From Desulfatiglandales bacterium (lineage in GTDB: Bacteria > Desulfobacterota > DSM-4660 > Desulfatiglandales > Desulfatiglandaceae), in the NCBI GenBank assembly GCA_963662465.1, contig OY759599.1:5216001-5280000 (forward strand): 64,000 nucleotides of DNA, read 5' to 3'. The first letter of the stretch is position 1, and each line of letters opens with the position of its first letter. Below are positions 1 through 8,099 of this stretch, piece after piece. The notes below the pieces were generated by a model. That model searched no databases. It saw only the letters and a list, made by a program, of their open reading frames with translations, and was not told where the DNA came from. Made by a program: the position numbers and the translations under genes.

Positions 1-426
1 CGCCGCCACAAGGCTGTTCAGGTCTCTTTTTTCCTTTAACCCCAAACCGGCTGTCTGGGCCAAAGAGACATATCCGTCATTGTTCTCCCTGAGAATCCCC
101 TTTTGATAAAAGGGCTTCATTTGGGCATAGCGGGCTTTCATTTGCTGTTTCAGCATGCGGATGCCGGGATTGGAAACCGTTAAGGGTTCCGCCGCCACGG
201 CAACGGGGCAAAAAAATGCATAAAAGGGTTTGTTAAACAGGTTGCTCTTTTCATTGTTGCGGGATTTTTCGTCCCCCGGCTTCTGCCCTCTGATTTCATC
301 CACGATTTCCCCGGCCACGGATTCCACCTGTTCAGCGGGAAAATAAATATTGATGGTGACACAGGCAAAAATCAACAATGTAAAACACATCATCGTCAAC
401 CATAGGGGTCTTCTTCGGATTTTCAT
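1..426 (-). CDS. YdbL/DUF1318-family lipoprotein (partial, runs off window start; not in ORF track)
   Basis: Manual translation from ATG 426 (GGAGG upstream): MKIRRRPLWLTMMCFTLLIFA-CVTINIYFPAEQVESVAGEIVDEIRG...MKARYAQMKPFYQKGILRENNDGYV...LNSLVAA. Has a lipobox and the G..RE..DGY YdbL-like motif, and lies directly downstream of a YdbH-like gene. Confidence 0.75.
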   Translation of the reverse strand, partial: MKIRRRPLWLTMMCFTLLIFACVTINIYFPAEQVESVAGEIVDEIRGQKPGDEKSRNNEKSNLFNKPFYAFFCPVAVAAEPLTVSNPGIRMLKQQMKARYAQMKPFYQKGILRENNDGYVSLAQTAGLGLKEKRDLNSLVAA

Positions 427-445
427 GGCGGCGCCTCCCGTTTTT

Positions 446-3337
446 TTATTGAATAACAGGACCGGACTTCGCATCGGTTATCCGTTTTATTCTTTTAAGC
501 ATATCCTTAAAACCGACCCGGTTATCTTTACTCTGATTTATCACATCCACGCCTGAAAAAAAACCTCTTTTCACCAGATACTCCTTGTCGTTTTCTCGAA
601 TGGCGCCGTGGATTCTGAAAATATCATTTTGAAGTGTGGCACGGACCCCTATTTTTTCATATGAAAACTCTTTAAATAGAGAAATAAACATGCCGGCAAC
701 GCCGACAAAGGGGCTTTGCCCGCCCCCGAGGCGGGCGATATTGTCCACGGCCTTGACACTGATTTTCTGGGGAACGCCTTCGGTTTTAACCGTTTGAAGG
801 AGAAGATCGAATCCCTGGAGCTGACCATTGGAAATTTCAAGATTCTTTGCATAACCGTTTAAAATGCCGTCTATTTTTCCAAAAGAGGTGTCTTGGGTGA
901 TTTCAGCCAGGTTCAGATCATGCCAACGGGCATTCAAACTGAAAACCGGGAGGGGGGTCAATAGCCCGGTTGCACCCAAATTGGATAGGAGACATTCCCC
1001 ATTGAAAACCGTTGCCTTGATTTCTCCGACACTGCTTAATTTTCCTTCCTTAATATGAATGGGGTCCAGGTTTCCGTTGGCAACGCCCTTTACGGAACGG
1101 GGCCGGATGATTTTTAATACAGGCTCCATTTGAAGATTTTCAAAATGGAGTGCAGTATGAATCGCCGGTGAGGTTGCGGTTAGTCCGGTTATGCTGGAAG
1201 GGCCGATGCGAACGTGTCCCCCCGGAACCGCCAAAGCCGCGGCAATGGGCATGGACAAACCATTCGATTCCGCCAGAATGGGAATGTTCAAACTCTGCTC
1301 CGGTAAAAAGGGACCCCGCATGGAACGAACCCATAAACCGCCTTTAAGGTGCTGCTCCGGTTCTTCGTCCACGCCATGGGTCAGCCACACCGGAAGGGAC
1401 AATGCGATGCCGGTAAGGGTCGCCCGGTTCCCATAGCTTAAGGATCCCTTTTTCCATACACAAAACCCATGGGTCATCCAATGGGAGAAATTGCCTTTGA
1501 GGGTCATTTTCGCTGAAAAAATGCCATCCAGCGTTACGGCCGTAAGGGCAGGTTTCTCGGTCTGGAAAGGTTCCCGAACCAAACGGTGAAATAGCCCTTT
1601 CAGGGGGGTATCGGGAATCTCCAGGGATATATCCCCCTCATAGTCGTCCCTCGTTTGAACCAATGTCCCCGTCATGTGGGCCGCTGCAATTTTTTTCATT
1701 CCCAGGGACAAACCCTCCAGCATGATGTGTTTAAGGGAACCACTGCAGGTTCCATCGCAATGCGCAAAAAAGCCGGTCTCCTTAAGATCAAAGTAGAACC
1801 GATCCAAGAGGATTTCCCCCTTATCGGCGGTAACGGCGGCAACGGCCTTCACCGTTAAGTCGGGAAATGTCATCCGGCCCGAAACCTGGGCGTGGAGGGA
1901 TATATTTTCGCCCATACGGGTTTGTTGAGGATTTTGAAATGCGAATTTTTCAAGGGCCAATTTTGAGGAAAAGGAAATGCCGCCCTTTTTCTCCATCGCG
2001 GCCTCAATTTCGAGGACATCCGTCCCCTGAAATATCCAACCGGGTGGGAGCATTTGTAAGGCCATGGCCGTGCGGCACAATTCCATCTGTTTACCCTTTA
2101 TAGTGAACATCAGGTTACCATCATCCATTTGGAAGGCCATGAAAAGATTTTTCAAAAGGGAGGATTGGATTTTGATTTCGGGAAAATTGAGGGTTTGGGC
2201 GAGGATATTTACCCGTCCTTTGGAAGCATCAATTGCAATGTGGTCAACCGAAAACGTTCGTTTTCCCATCAGGCCTTTAACATGGGGAATGCGGCAGGAA
2301 ACGTCGTCAATGCTAAACGCCGGATAGGTTCCCGAAAACTTGAACGCCCCTCCGGCGGACGTTGCGGACAGACCCATCCCCTGAAACGCCGCATGGTCCG
2401 CTTTCATCTGCCCCGAAAGCCTTAAATTGGAAATGGGTCCTTCAATTGCAACATGCCCCTCTGCTTCAAGACGGATATCCAGTGGCGTTTTCTCTGTTTG
2501 CGGCAATCCCTTCAGACGCGCTTCCCCGAGGGTGAAATACAAGTCGGGAACGGCAATTGTTTGTTCCCGGTGGTCATAATGGACGGTTGCTTTTGCGCCA
2601 ATATTGTTCATGTTCACTTCAGGGCTTTGAAATGCGCCATTTGAAAAAGCAAGGGTGAAATTCAGCTGGGGATCGGTAAGGGATATGGCGTCATTGGTTT
2701 CAAGGTGAAAATCAGGAATTGAAAACGTCGCATTTTCCGTTGGCGACGCAATCAGGATGTCGCCCCTGATGTTCAATAAATGATCGGCATTGAGATGCCC
2801 CGAAAGCCCTGAAAGTTGAATTTGCCGACCGTTCCACTGAGCAGTTAACACGCCCCCGCCTATTTCAATGGCCTGAAGTTTAAAATCCTTAAACAGGAAG
2901 AAGGAAACCAGCATCATGGCCGTGGAACGGAAGAACGATGCTTCTTCGTTTTCAGTTACCTTTGAAGAAGCGCTTGACCCATCTTGAACCCGGCATTCAA
3001 AACCATTGATCCGCGGGATTTTGCAAACGAGGGTTTTACGGCCAAAGGATCCCTCCAGAGCGCATTCCGCCATAACCTCTTTCATTTCGAATGAAATCCT
3101 GCCGACGCCATCCGGGGACTCAAAAACAATTCCTTTTGCCTTGATCTGTATGGGGTTTAATGAATAGGCCAGATGTTGAATGGAGAAGGCGGCGCCCGTT
3201 GCCCGCAATACCGCTTTTTCGACAAGTCGCTTTACGGCGGGAGGATGCGTGTAGTAATAAATACCGGCGCCGACCCCAAGCATCAATGCCAAAAGGGATA
3301 TACTGAAGGCAACCAATATTGTTTTTTTAGCTTTCAT
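446..3337 (-). CDS. YdbH/AsmA-like intermembrane (bridge-like) lipid-transport protein
   Basis: ~960 aa. Single N-terminal TM after probable start MKAKK (ATG 3337), beta-rich body, C-terminal GKIDGILNG...FSYEKIG motif typical of YdbH-like proteins; adjacent to a YdbL-like gene. Confidence 0.65.
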   Translation of the reverse strand: MKAKKTILVAFSISLLALMLGVGAGIYYYTHPPAVKRLVEKAVLRATGAAFSIQHLAYSLNPIQIKAKGIVFESPDGVGRISFEMKEVMAECALEGSFGRKTLVCKIPRINGFECRVQDGSSASSKVTENEEASFFRSTAMMLVSFFLFKDFKLQAIEIGGGVLTAQWNGRQIQLSGLSGHLNADHLLNIRGDILIASPTENATFSIPDFHLETNDAISLTDPQLNFTLAFSNGAFQSPEVNMNNIGAKATVHYDHREQTIAVPDLYFTLGEARLKGLPQTEKTPLDIRLEAEGHVAIEGPISNLRLSGQMKADHAAFQGMGLSATSAGGAFKFSGTYPAFSIDDVSCRIPHVKGLMGKRTFSVDHIAIDASKGRVNILAQTLNFPEIKIQSSLLKNLFMAFQMDDGNLMFTIKGKQMELCRTAMALQMLPPGWIFQGTDVLEIEAAMEKKGGISFSSKLALEKFAFQNPQQTRMGENISLHAQVSGRMTFPDLTVKAVAAVTADKGEILLDRFYFDLKETGFFAHCDGTCSGSLKHIMLEGLSLGMKKIAAAHMTGTLVQTRDDYEGDISLEIPDTPLKGLFHRLVREPFQTEKPALTAVTLDGIFSAKMTLKGNFSHWMTHGFCVWKKGSLSYGNRATLTGIALSLPVWLTHGVDEEPEQHLKGGLWVRSMRGPFLPEQSLNIPILAESNGLSMPIAAALAVPGGHVRIGPSSITGLTATSPAIHTALHFENLQMEPVLKIIRPRSVKGVANGNLDPIHIKEGKLSSVGEIKATVFNGECLLSNLGATGLLTPLPVFSLNARWHDLNLAEITQDTSFGKIDGILNGYAKNLEISNGQLQGFDLLLQTVKTEGVPQKISVKAVDNIARLGGGQSPFVGVAGMFISLFKEFSYEKIGVRATLQNDIFRIHGAIRENDKEYLVKRGFFSGVDVINQSKDNRVGFKDMLKRIKRITDAKSGPVIQ

Positions 3338-3472
3338 CCTCAAGGTATTTCGAAACCAACAGGGCAAACACACAGATCTGCCCCTACCCGCATCGCCCCT
3401 TGACTTAAACAAGCCCTTTATTTAACATGCCGGCGGTAGAAAAAGCAGCCATAAAAAAAGGAAACCTCTTTA

Positions 3473-4306
3473 TTGATGCTTTCACGAATCATCACGCTAC
3501 TCACGGACTTCGGTCTGGAAGACGCCTATGTGGGCATCATGAAAGGCGTCATTCTCGGCTTGAATCCGGGGGTCGCCATCGTGGATTTGACCCACCGGAT
3601 TAAACCGGGGGACATTGCCCGGGCGGCCCATGCGCTCTACCAAGCCTGCTCTTTTTTTCCCCCATACACCATTCATGTGGCGGTGGTGGATCCGGGGGTG
3701 GGAACGGACAGAAGACCCATCCTGGTTAAAAGCCGCCGACATTTTTTCGTGGGGCCGGATAACGGCCTTTTCTCGCCCATGATCAAGGCTGATCCCCAGG
3801 CCCTTATCATTCACCTCGCCAATGAAAGGTATTTTCTGCCACGCATTTCCCATACGTTTCATGGGCGCGATATTTTTGCACCGGTTGCCGCCCACCTTTC
3901 CACCGGCGTTAACCCCCTGAAAATGGGGGATGTCATGGAAAATCCAGTGACCCTGCCGGACACAACGCCAATCCGTGAGGGGGATAGTCTTATCGGTCGG
4001 GTTATCGACATCGACCACTTCGGCAATGTCATCACCAATATTCATCGGGAGGAGATGACCCGCTTTCTCGGGGGGCATCAAGCGGTCATTCGGGTGGGAA
4101 ATAAAAAAGTCCAAGGCATCATGACCACCTACGGCGATGGAGCCAAGGGAACGCTGCTCGCCCTGTTCGGCAGCACCAGCCATTTGGAAATCGCCGTGAA
4201 CTCGGGCCGGGCGGATCATCGCCTGAATCTCGATAAATCCCAACGCCTCCCGGTGGTCGCCGTGGATCGGGTTATTTCATTTTCTTCCCCCGGTAAACGC
4301 TCATGA
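3473..4306 (+). CDS. DUF62 SAM hydroxide adenosyltransferase (SAM-dependent chlorinase/fluorinase family)
   Basis: Motifs ITLLTDFG, VVDPGVGTDRR, GPDNG, TFHGRDIFAP, IDHFGN, LEIAVN. Confidence 0.9.
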   Translation: MMLSRIITLLTDFGLEDAYVGIMKGVILGLNPGVAIVDLTHRIKPGDIARAAHALYQACSFFPPYTIHVAVVDPGVGTDRRPILVKSRRHFFVGPDNGLFSPMIKADPQALIIHLANERYFLPRISHTFHGRDIFAPVAAHLSTGVNPLKMGDVMENPVTLPDTTPIREGDSLIGRVIDIDHFGNVITNIHREEMTRFLGGHQAVIRVGNKKVQGIMTTYGDGAKGTLLALFGSTSHLEIAVNSGRADHRLNLDKSQRLPVVAVDRVISFSSPGKRS

Positions 4307-4382
4307 ATCACGCGGGAATTCACCCCCAAACATGAAAATGACATCTACCGCTTTTAAGCTAACGGCTAACCGCTAACAGCTG
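4292..4382 (-). repeat. ~90-bp dispersed element (heptamer tract + core), copy A
   Basis: Reverse complement GCTGTTAGCGGTTAGCCGTTAGCTTAAAAGCGGTAGATGTCATTTTCATG...TCATGAGCGTTT aligns with 38944-39031. Confidence 0.85.
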
Positions 4383-4908
4383 TATTTTCATGGTAAGGAA
4401 CCGAAATTGAGTCGATCGGTAAGAACAAGGGCCTGGGTGCAGGATTTCCCAGAATTTCCCCTTCCACTAGGTCATCTATAAGGGAAAAACCAAATTTTTT
4501 GTAGAATTCAACGGCTTCCGGTTTGGCATCAACAACCACCCCTATGCATCCAACGATGTTTTTTTGCTCAAGTGCCAATCTTAAGGCATAACGGAGCAAC
4601 TGTTTTCCAATCCCCCGACCTTGATAGCGGTTAACCACCGCCAAACGACCTAATCGCAAAATCGGCAAAGCGTAAGGGCCGGGCAAGCGCTTTCCCTCAG
4701 GTAGCCCTTCGGCTTCTATCACTCCCATGGCAACCGTCATATATCCTAGTATGCCACCTTCATCTGTGGCAACATAGGTGACGCCGATATGGTGCCGAAA
4801 CTGATTTTGCCCGGCATAGCGTTTGAAAAAATGATCTAAATCCGCCTGCCCACTTTCAAATTCTTTTCGGTTGTCACTCCTCTTAAGCGGTCTTATCCGA
4901 TACTCCAT
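4366..4908 (-). CDS. GNAT acetyltransferase toxin (TacT/AtaT-like)
   Basis: Motifs FESGQADLDHFFKRYA, LGRLAVVNRYQGRGIGKQLL, VVVDAK, FYKKFGF; overlaps the upstream antitoxin. Confidence 0.85.
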   Translation of the reverse strand: MEYRIRPLKRSDNRKEFESGQADLDHFFKRYAGQNQFRHHIGVTYVATDEGGILGYMTVAMGVIEAEGLPEGKRLPGPYALPILRLGRLAVVNRYQGRGIGKQLLRYALRLALEQKNIVGCIGVVVDAKPEAVEFYKKFGFSLIDDLVEGEILGNPAPRPLFLPIDSISVPYHENTAVSG

Positions 4909-5179
4909 TCATCAATTCCTGCATAGCGTGTGTGGGATAAGGAGGCTTGTCAACAACTTCAACTATTTTATCAAAGGAGTTCCGTGACACCACCAATCGG
5001 GGAGGAAGGAACGCCTCTTCCGGCAATTCTTCGAGGGCTCGAAAGTGATATAAAAGGGCTTGTTCCAAAACAAATGCCTTTCGCATCCCCCGGGCCTTAG
5101 AAAGACGATCTAATTTCCATCTCGTTGTCTCTGTTACATGCGCCGATATCTGAGGTAATTTCTTTCTGGTTTGTTCCAT
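4883..5179 (-). CDS. RHH/DUF1778-like antitoxin
   Basis: 98 aa with an N-terminal ribbon-helix-helix pattern (QISAHV...LDRLSKARGMRK) and C-terminal P.PT.AMQELM; upstream of and overlapping the GNAT toxin. Confidence 0.75.
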   Translation of the reverse strand: MEQTRKKLPQISAHVTETTRWKLDRLSKARGMRKAFVLEQALLYHFRALEELPEEAFLPPRLVVSRNSFDKIVEVVDKPPYPTHAMQELMNGVSDKTA

Positions 5180-5231
5180 TTTCTCATCTCATCATATGTG
5201 AATATGTAAAACTCTATTTTTTTCTACACTC

Positions 5232-5264
5232 TTGTATACTACAACGCAATGCCTTACATGTCAA
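5232..5264 (-). promoter_or_regulatory. sigma70 promoter of the TA operon with overlapping inverted-repeat operator
   Basis: Minus strand TTGACA (5264-5259), 17 bp, TAGTAT (5241-5236); inverted repeat TTGTA-TAC-TACAA (5232-5244) covers the -10. Confidence 0.6.
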
Positions 5265-5351
5265 AAAAATTGCGTCAGCAAATAAGAACGTCCGCATTTT
5301 TCTTGAAAACAGGAAATTTTCTTATGAACTTAAAACTGCGGCTATGCCGCA

Positions 5352-5654
5352 TTAGACCTGTATTTTCGCCAAATCTTCCAGATACGCATCCCATTCTAGG
5401 GGAAGTAGATATTTCTTCTTGTTATTGCATTCCTTGCAGGCGGGAACCAGGTTCCCTTTTTTGCTTTTGCCCCCACGAATCAGCGGCACCACGTGATCCA
5501 TGGTCAGGTTTTCGCGACCCACCGCCCGGCGACAATAGTAACATTCGCCCTTTTGAATTCGGGTATACCACCAGTTGGTGCGCCTGAGACGTCGGGCCTT
5601 TTCTTTTTCACGCCCAACTTCCTTTTCATCGACACTGCCGAAATCAAATGACAT
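5352..5654 (-). CDS. HNH endonuclease
   Basis: CYYC...LTMDHVVPLIRGGKSKKGNLVPACKECNNKK. Confidence 0.9.
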   Translation of the reverse strand: MSFDFGSVDEKEVGREKEKARRLRRTNWWYTRIQKGECYYCRRAVGRENLTMDHVVPLIRGGKSKKGNLVPACKECNNKKKYLLPLEWDAYLEDLAKIQV

Positions 5655-5671
5655 ATGGAAAATCCCCTGGA

Positions 5672-6517
5672 TTATTGATATTTGTTTCTCAATGCCCGCA
5701 TAATTTCTTCCAAGCGCTGATCGTCCGGTTTTTCCGGGTGTGCGCCAGGTTTCGGCGGGGTTGCCGGCCCTTCGACTTTTTCAAAAAAGGAGGTCTGAAT
5801 CGGGACGTTCGCCGTGAGATCCAGAACATAATACACTTCCGTCGGGCCGTCGGTCAAAGCATAGTCAATTTCATGGGGATACCATCCGGCGTCAATCTTT
5901 CGGTAATCTTTGAATCTTACCGTCACAAGCCTGCCGTTCGTGTCCCCCGGCAGCATATAAGAAAGCATCAACGGTAAAAACCGTTCCTTATCCACCAGAA
6001 GTTTTGGATTTTCAGGGCCTCGGGCCCCCACCCGATACGCCACAACACCATCGCATCGGTCATACCCCACCTCCCAGGTTTGAATGCCCAATTGGGACAG
6101 AAACACGGCAATGCCGCCCTTGGGGTTGGCCATCAAAAGCCACCTGAATGCAGTATCCGGATTTGGTTGACGCGCTACCGGGTTGGATTTATTTTCCGCC
6201 TTCAGCTCCTCATTTCCGGGGCCGGGTTTGGGTTTTGACGCACTCTCCTCAACATTTGGGACATGGGGCGCCATTTCCATGGTTCGTTCATACCGGGGTG
6301 TTTTAAGCCACGCCTTTTCCCTGAACGCCGTTTCCCTCAGGGGGTCTCGGGAATGGATTACATGGGTGGCTTGTTCGATGATCAAACTGTTTAGGCCTGC
6401 AATTTTTTTTTGCACCTCTCCGAGTATCTGCTCCAAAGGAATGACATAAGCGAGACTCTCACTGGCCGGCAGCATCAGAACAACAGAAAGTATGGGGATT
6501 ATTTTAAGGTATTTCAT
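5672..6517 (-). CDS. secreted LolA-like / lipoprotein-sorting-fold protein
   Basis: Signal peptide; LLVDKERFLP...FKDYRKIDAGWYPHEI pattern seen in LolA-like proteins. Confidence 0.5.
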   Translation of the reverse strand: MKYLKIIPILSVVLMLPASESLAYVIPLEQILGEVQKKIAGLNSLIIEQATHVIHSRDPLRETAFREKAWLKTPRYERTMEMAPHVPNVEESASKPKPGPGNEELKAENKSNPVARQPNPDTAFRWLLMANPKGGIAVFLSQLGIQTWEVGYDRCDGVVAYRVGARGPENPKLLVDKERFLPLMLSYMLPGDTNGRLVTVRFKDYRKIDAGWYPHEIDYALTDGPTEVYYVLDLTANVPIQTSFFEKVEGPATPPKPGAHPEKPDDQRLEEIMRALRNKYQ

Positions 6518-6607
6518 TTTTTTCCAAATCCAATCCTGGTGAATTCCCGAAAATCGAATCCATCATGTTTTAAGTATTGCATTTTAAATTCTAGGAAAGG
6601 ATTGTGC

Positions 6608-6636
6608 TTGTCAAGAATATTCGTGCCTGATATCCT
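6608..6636 (+). promoter_or_regulatory. putative sigma70 promoter of the HPr-domain gene
   Basis: TTGTCA, 17 bp, TATCCT, ~50 bp upstream of ATG 6684. Confidence 0.4.
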
Positions 6637-6683
6637 ATTGTTTCAAATTCAGCGCATGAGCGCGAGGTCTGAAAAATTAAATT

Positions 6684-7991
6684 ATGACAACAGAACAAAA
6701 AATTGTTAGTGAGAAAAACTTTGCCGGCATCCTAGATCCCTTTGCCGGGCCTTTTCTTTCCCTGTCGCACCATTCAAACGCATCAACGGACGATGGAAAT
6801 TCCAAACACCTGCACATGGGCTTTTTAGCCAATGTGATCAAACATGCGTCCGATGTGGAACACCTGCTGGACCGGTATCGAGCCCGGTATAACCTAAACT
6901 GGGTCTATTTTCGAGAACTCACGGCGACCGCTAAAAATTTTGGAAAAGCCGCTTTCCTCCTGGAAGAACTCATAAAAAACTTAAACCGGGAAGATGTTAT
7001 CATCCAGGAAAAAGATGATTTTATTCAGAAGGCTGAAACCGCATCTCTCTTTTTGAACGAAGTCCTTGTGGCTGTTTTTTCGGAACTGCAATCAGAAGCT
7101 CTGAGACGGGGTCTTTCGATTCCGGAAGAGAACCCGCTTTCCACTTATGGCCTCAAATTTCAAAAGGAGGTGATTCTTCCCCATACCATCGAAGAATCAG
7201 CCGATTCCGAGATAGGCTTTACCACCCAGAAAATTCTCTATCGATATGTGGCCTTTGAAGAAGACTCCCGTTTCCTTGAAACGATCATTCGGTCAAAAGG
7301 TCGCGGCCTGGCTTCTCAAATTCCCCGCTTTATCAACGAAGGAAAATTAAGGCGTCTGGGAACCCGTCTGCACAACCTGGTGTCCTGGTACGATTCCTAT
7401 GTAGTGAACCACAGTATTGAAAGGGAGTTTCCGGAACTCAAAAAAATGCGCGAAAGTTTTTCGGTGCAGCTGAATCTTTCTAAAATAGGAACAATTCTGG
7501 CCCATTATTTTGAGAGACATCTCATGACCCCGTCGCCGGCTGTGAACAAGCTGAAGGACATTGTCCCTGCCGACAGACTGCTGGAAGAGGCTTTCTTTTT
7601 TACCCTTTACTACCTGGTGGCGTGTTTCCATTCCGCAAGGCGGGTTGCCGATGCCGTTTTACCCGGTATGCTGGAAGAGGTCACCTACGACCTTCCCATA
7701 CCCCAAAATCTCGGTTTCCATGCCCGCCCTTCAACCCTTGTGGCCAAGGTGGTTCAGCAGCATGGGGCTGACGTAAAAATGCTGGTGGATGACCAGACCT
7801 TTAATGCCGGCAGCATTCTGGAGTTGTTGAGCGCCGGCGGATACATTGTGACCAAAAGACTGGATCATGTTCAATTTCGCGGAGATAAACGCGCTTTGGA
7901 CGACCTCAAAATTCTGGCCGAATACAACTATGGCGAGACTGGAAATGGAAAGGCCGTGCCGCTTCCCGAGAGCCTTTTCTACCTGAAATAA
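6684..7991 (+). CDS. HPr-domain protein with long N-terminal extension
   Basis: C-terminal LGFHARPSTLVAKVV (His15 site) and NAGSILELL (Ser46 site); ~330-aa helical N-terminal region. Confidence 0.8.
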   Translation: MTTEQKIVSEKNFAGILDPFAGPFLSLSHHSNASTDDGNSKHLHMGFLANVIKHASDVEHLLDRYRARYNLNWVYFRELTATAKNFGKAAFLLEELIKNLNREDVIIQEKDDFIQKAETASLFLNEVLVAVFSELQSEALRRGLSIPEENPLSTYGLKFQKEVILPHTIEESADSEIGFTTQKILYRYVAFEEDSRFLETIIRSKGRGLASQIPRFINEGKLRRLGTRLHNLVSWYDSYVVNHSIEREFPELKKMRESFSVQLNLSKIGTILAHYFERHLMTPSPAVNKLKDIVPADRLLEEAFFFTLYYLVACFHSARRVADAVLPGMLEEVTYDLPIPQNLGFHARPSTLVAKVVQQHGADVKMLVDDQTFNAGSILELLSAGGYIVTKRLDHVQFRGDKRALDDLKILAEYNYGETGNGKAVPLPESLFYLK

Positions 7992-8020
7992 GGGAGAACA
8001 CTTTCAATAACAGGGTAAAC

Positions 8021-8058
8021 AACGGCAAATACGCCATCTACGGCGTTCAGTTTCCGTT
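8021..8058. terminator. hairpin between convergent genes
   Basis: AACGG..ACGCC-atctac-GGCGT..CCGTT followed by T-rich sequence. Confidence 0.3.
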
Positions 8059-8099
8059 CCGGTTTTATTTTTCAGGCCAAGTCAAAAAACCACCCATCC

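Noticed and set aside
3473..4306. Possible fluorinase/chlorinase (halometabolite pathway)
   Set aside because: Has the Asp/Arg (DPGVGTxR) and His (TFHGRD) signature of DUF62 SAM hydrolases, and there are no biosynthetic neighbours.
5352..5654. HNH gene as a defence or mobile element
   Set aside because: Small stand-alone HNH coupled to a LolA-like gene, with no methylase, ATPase, intron or IS context.
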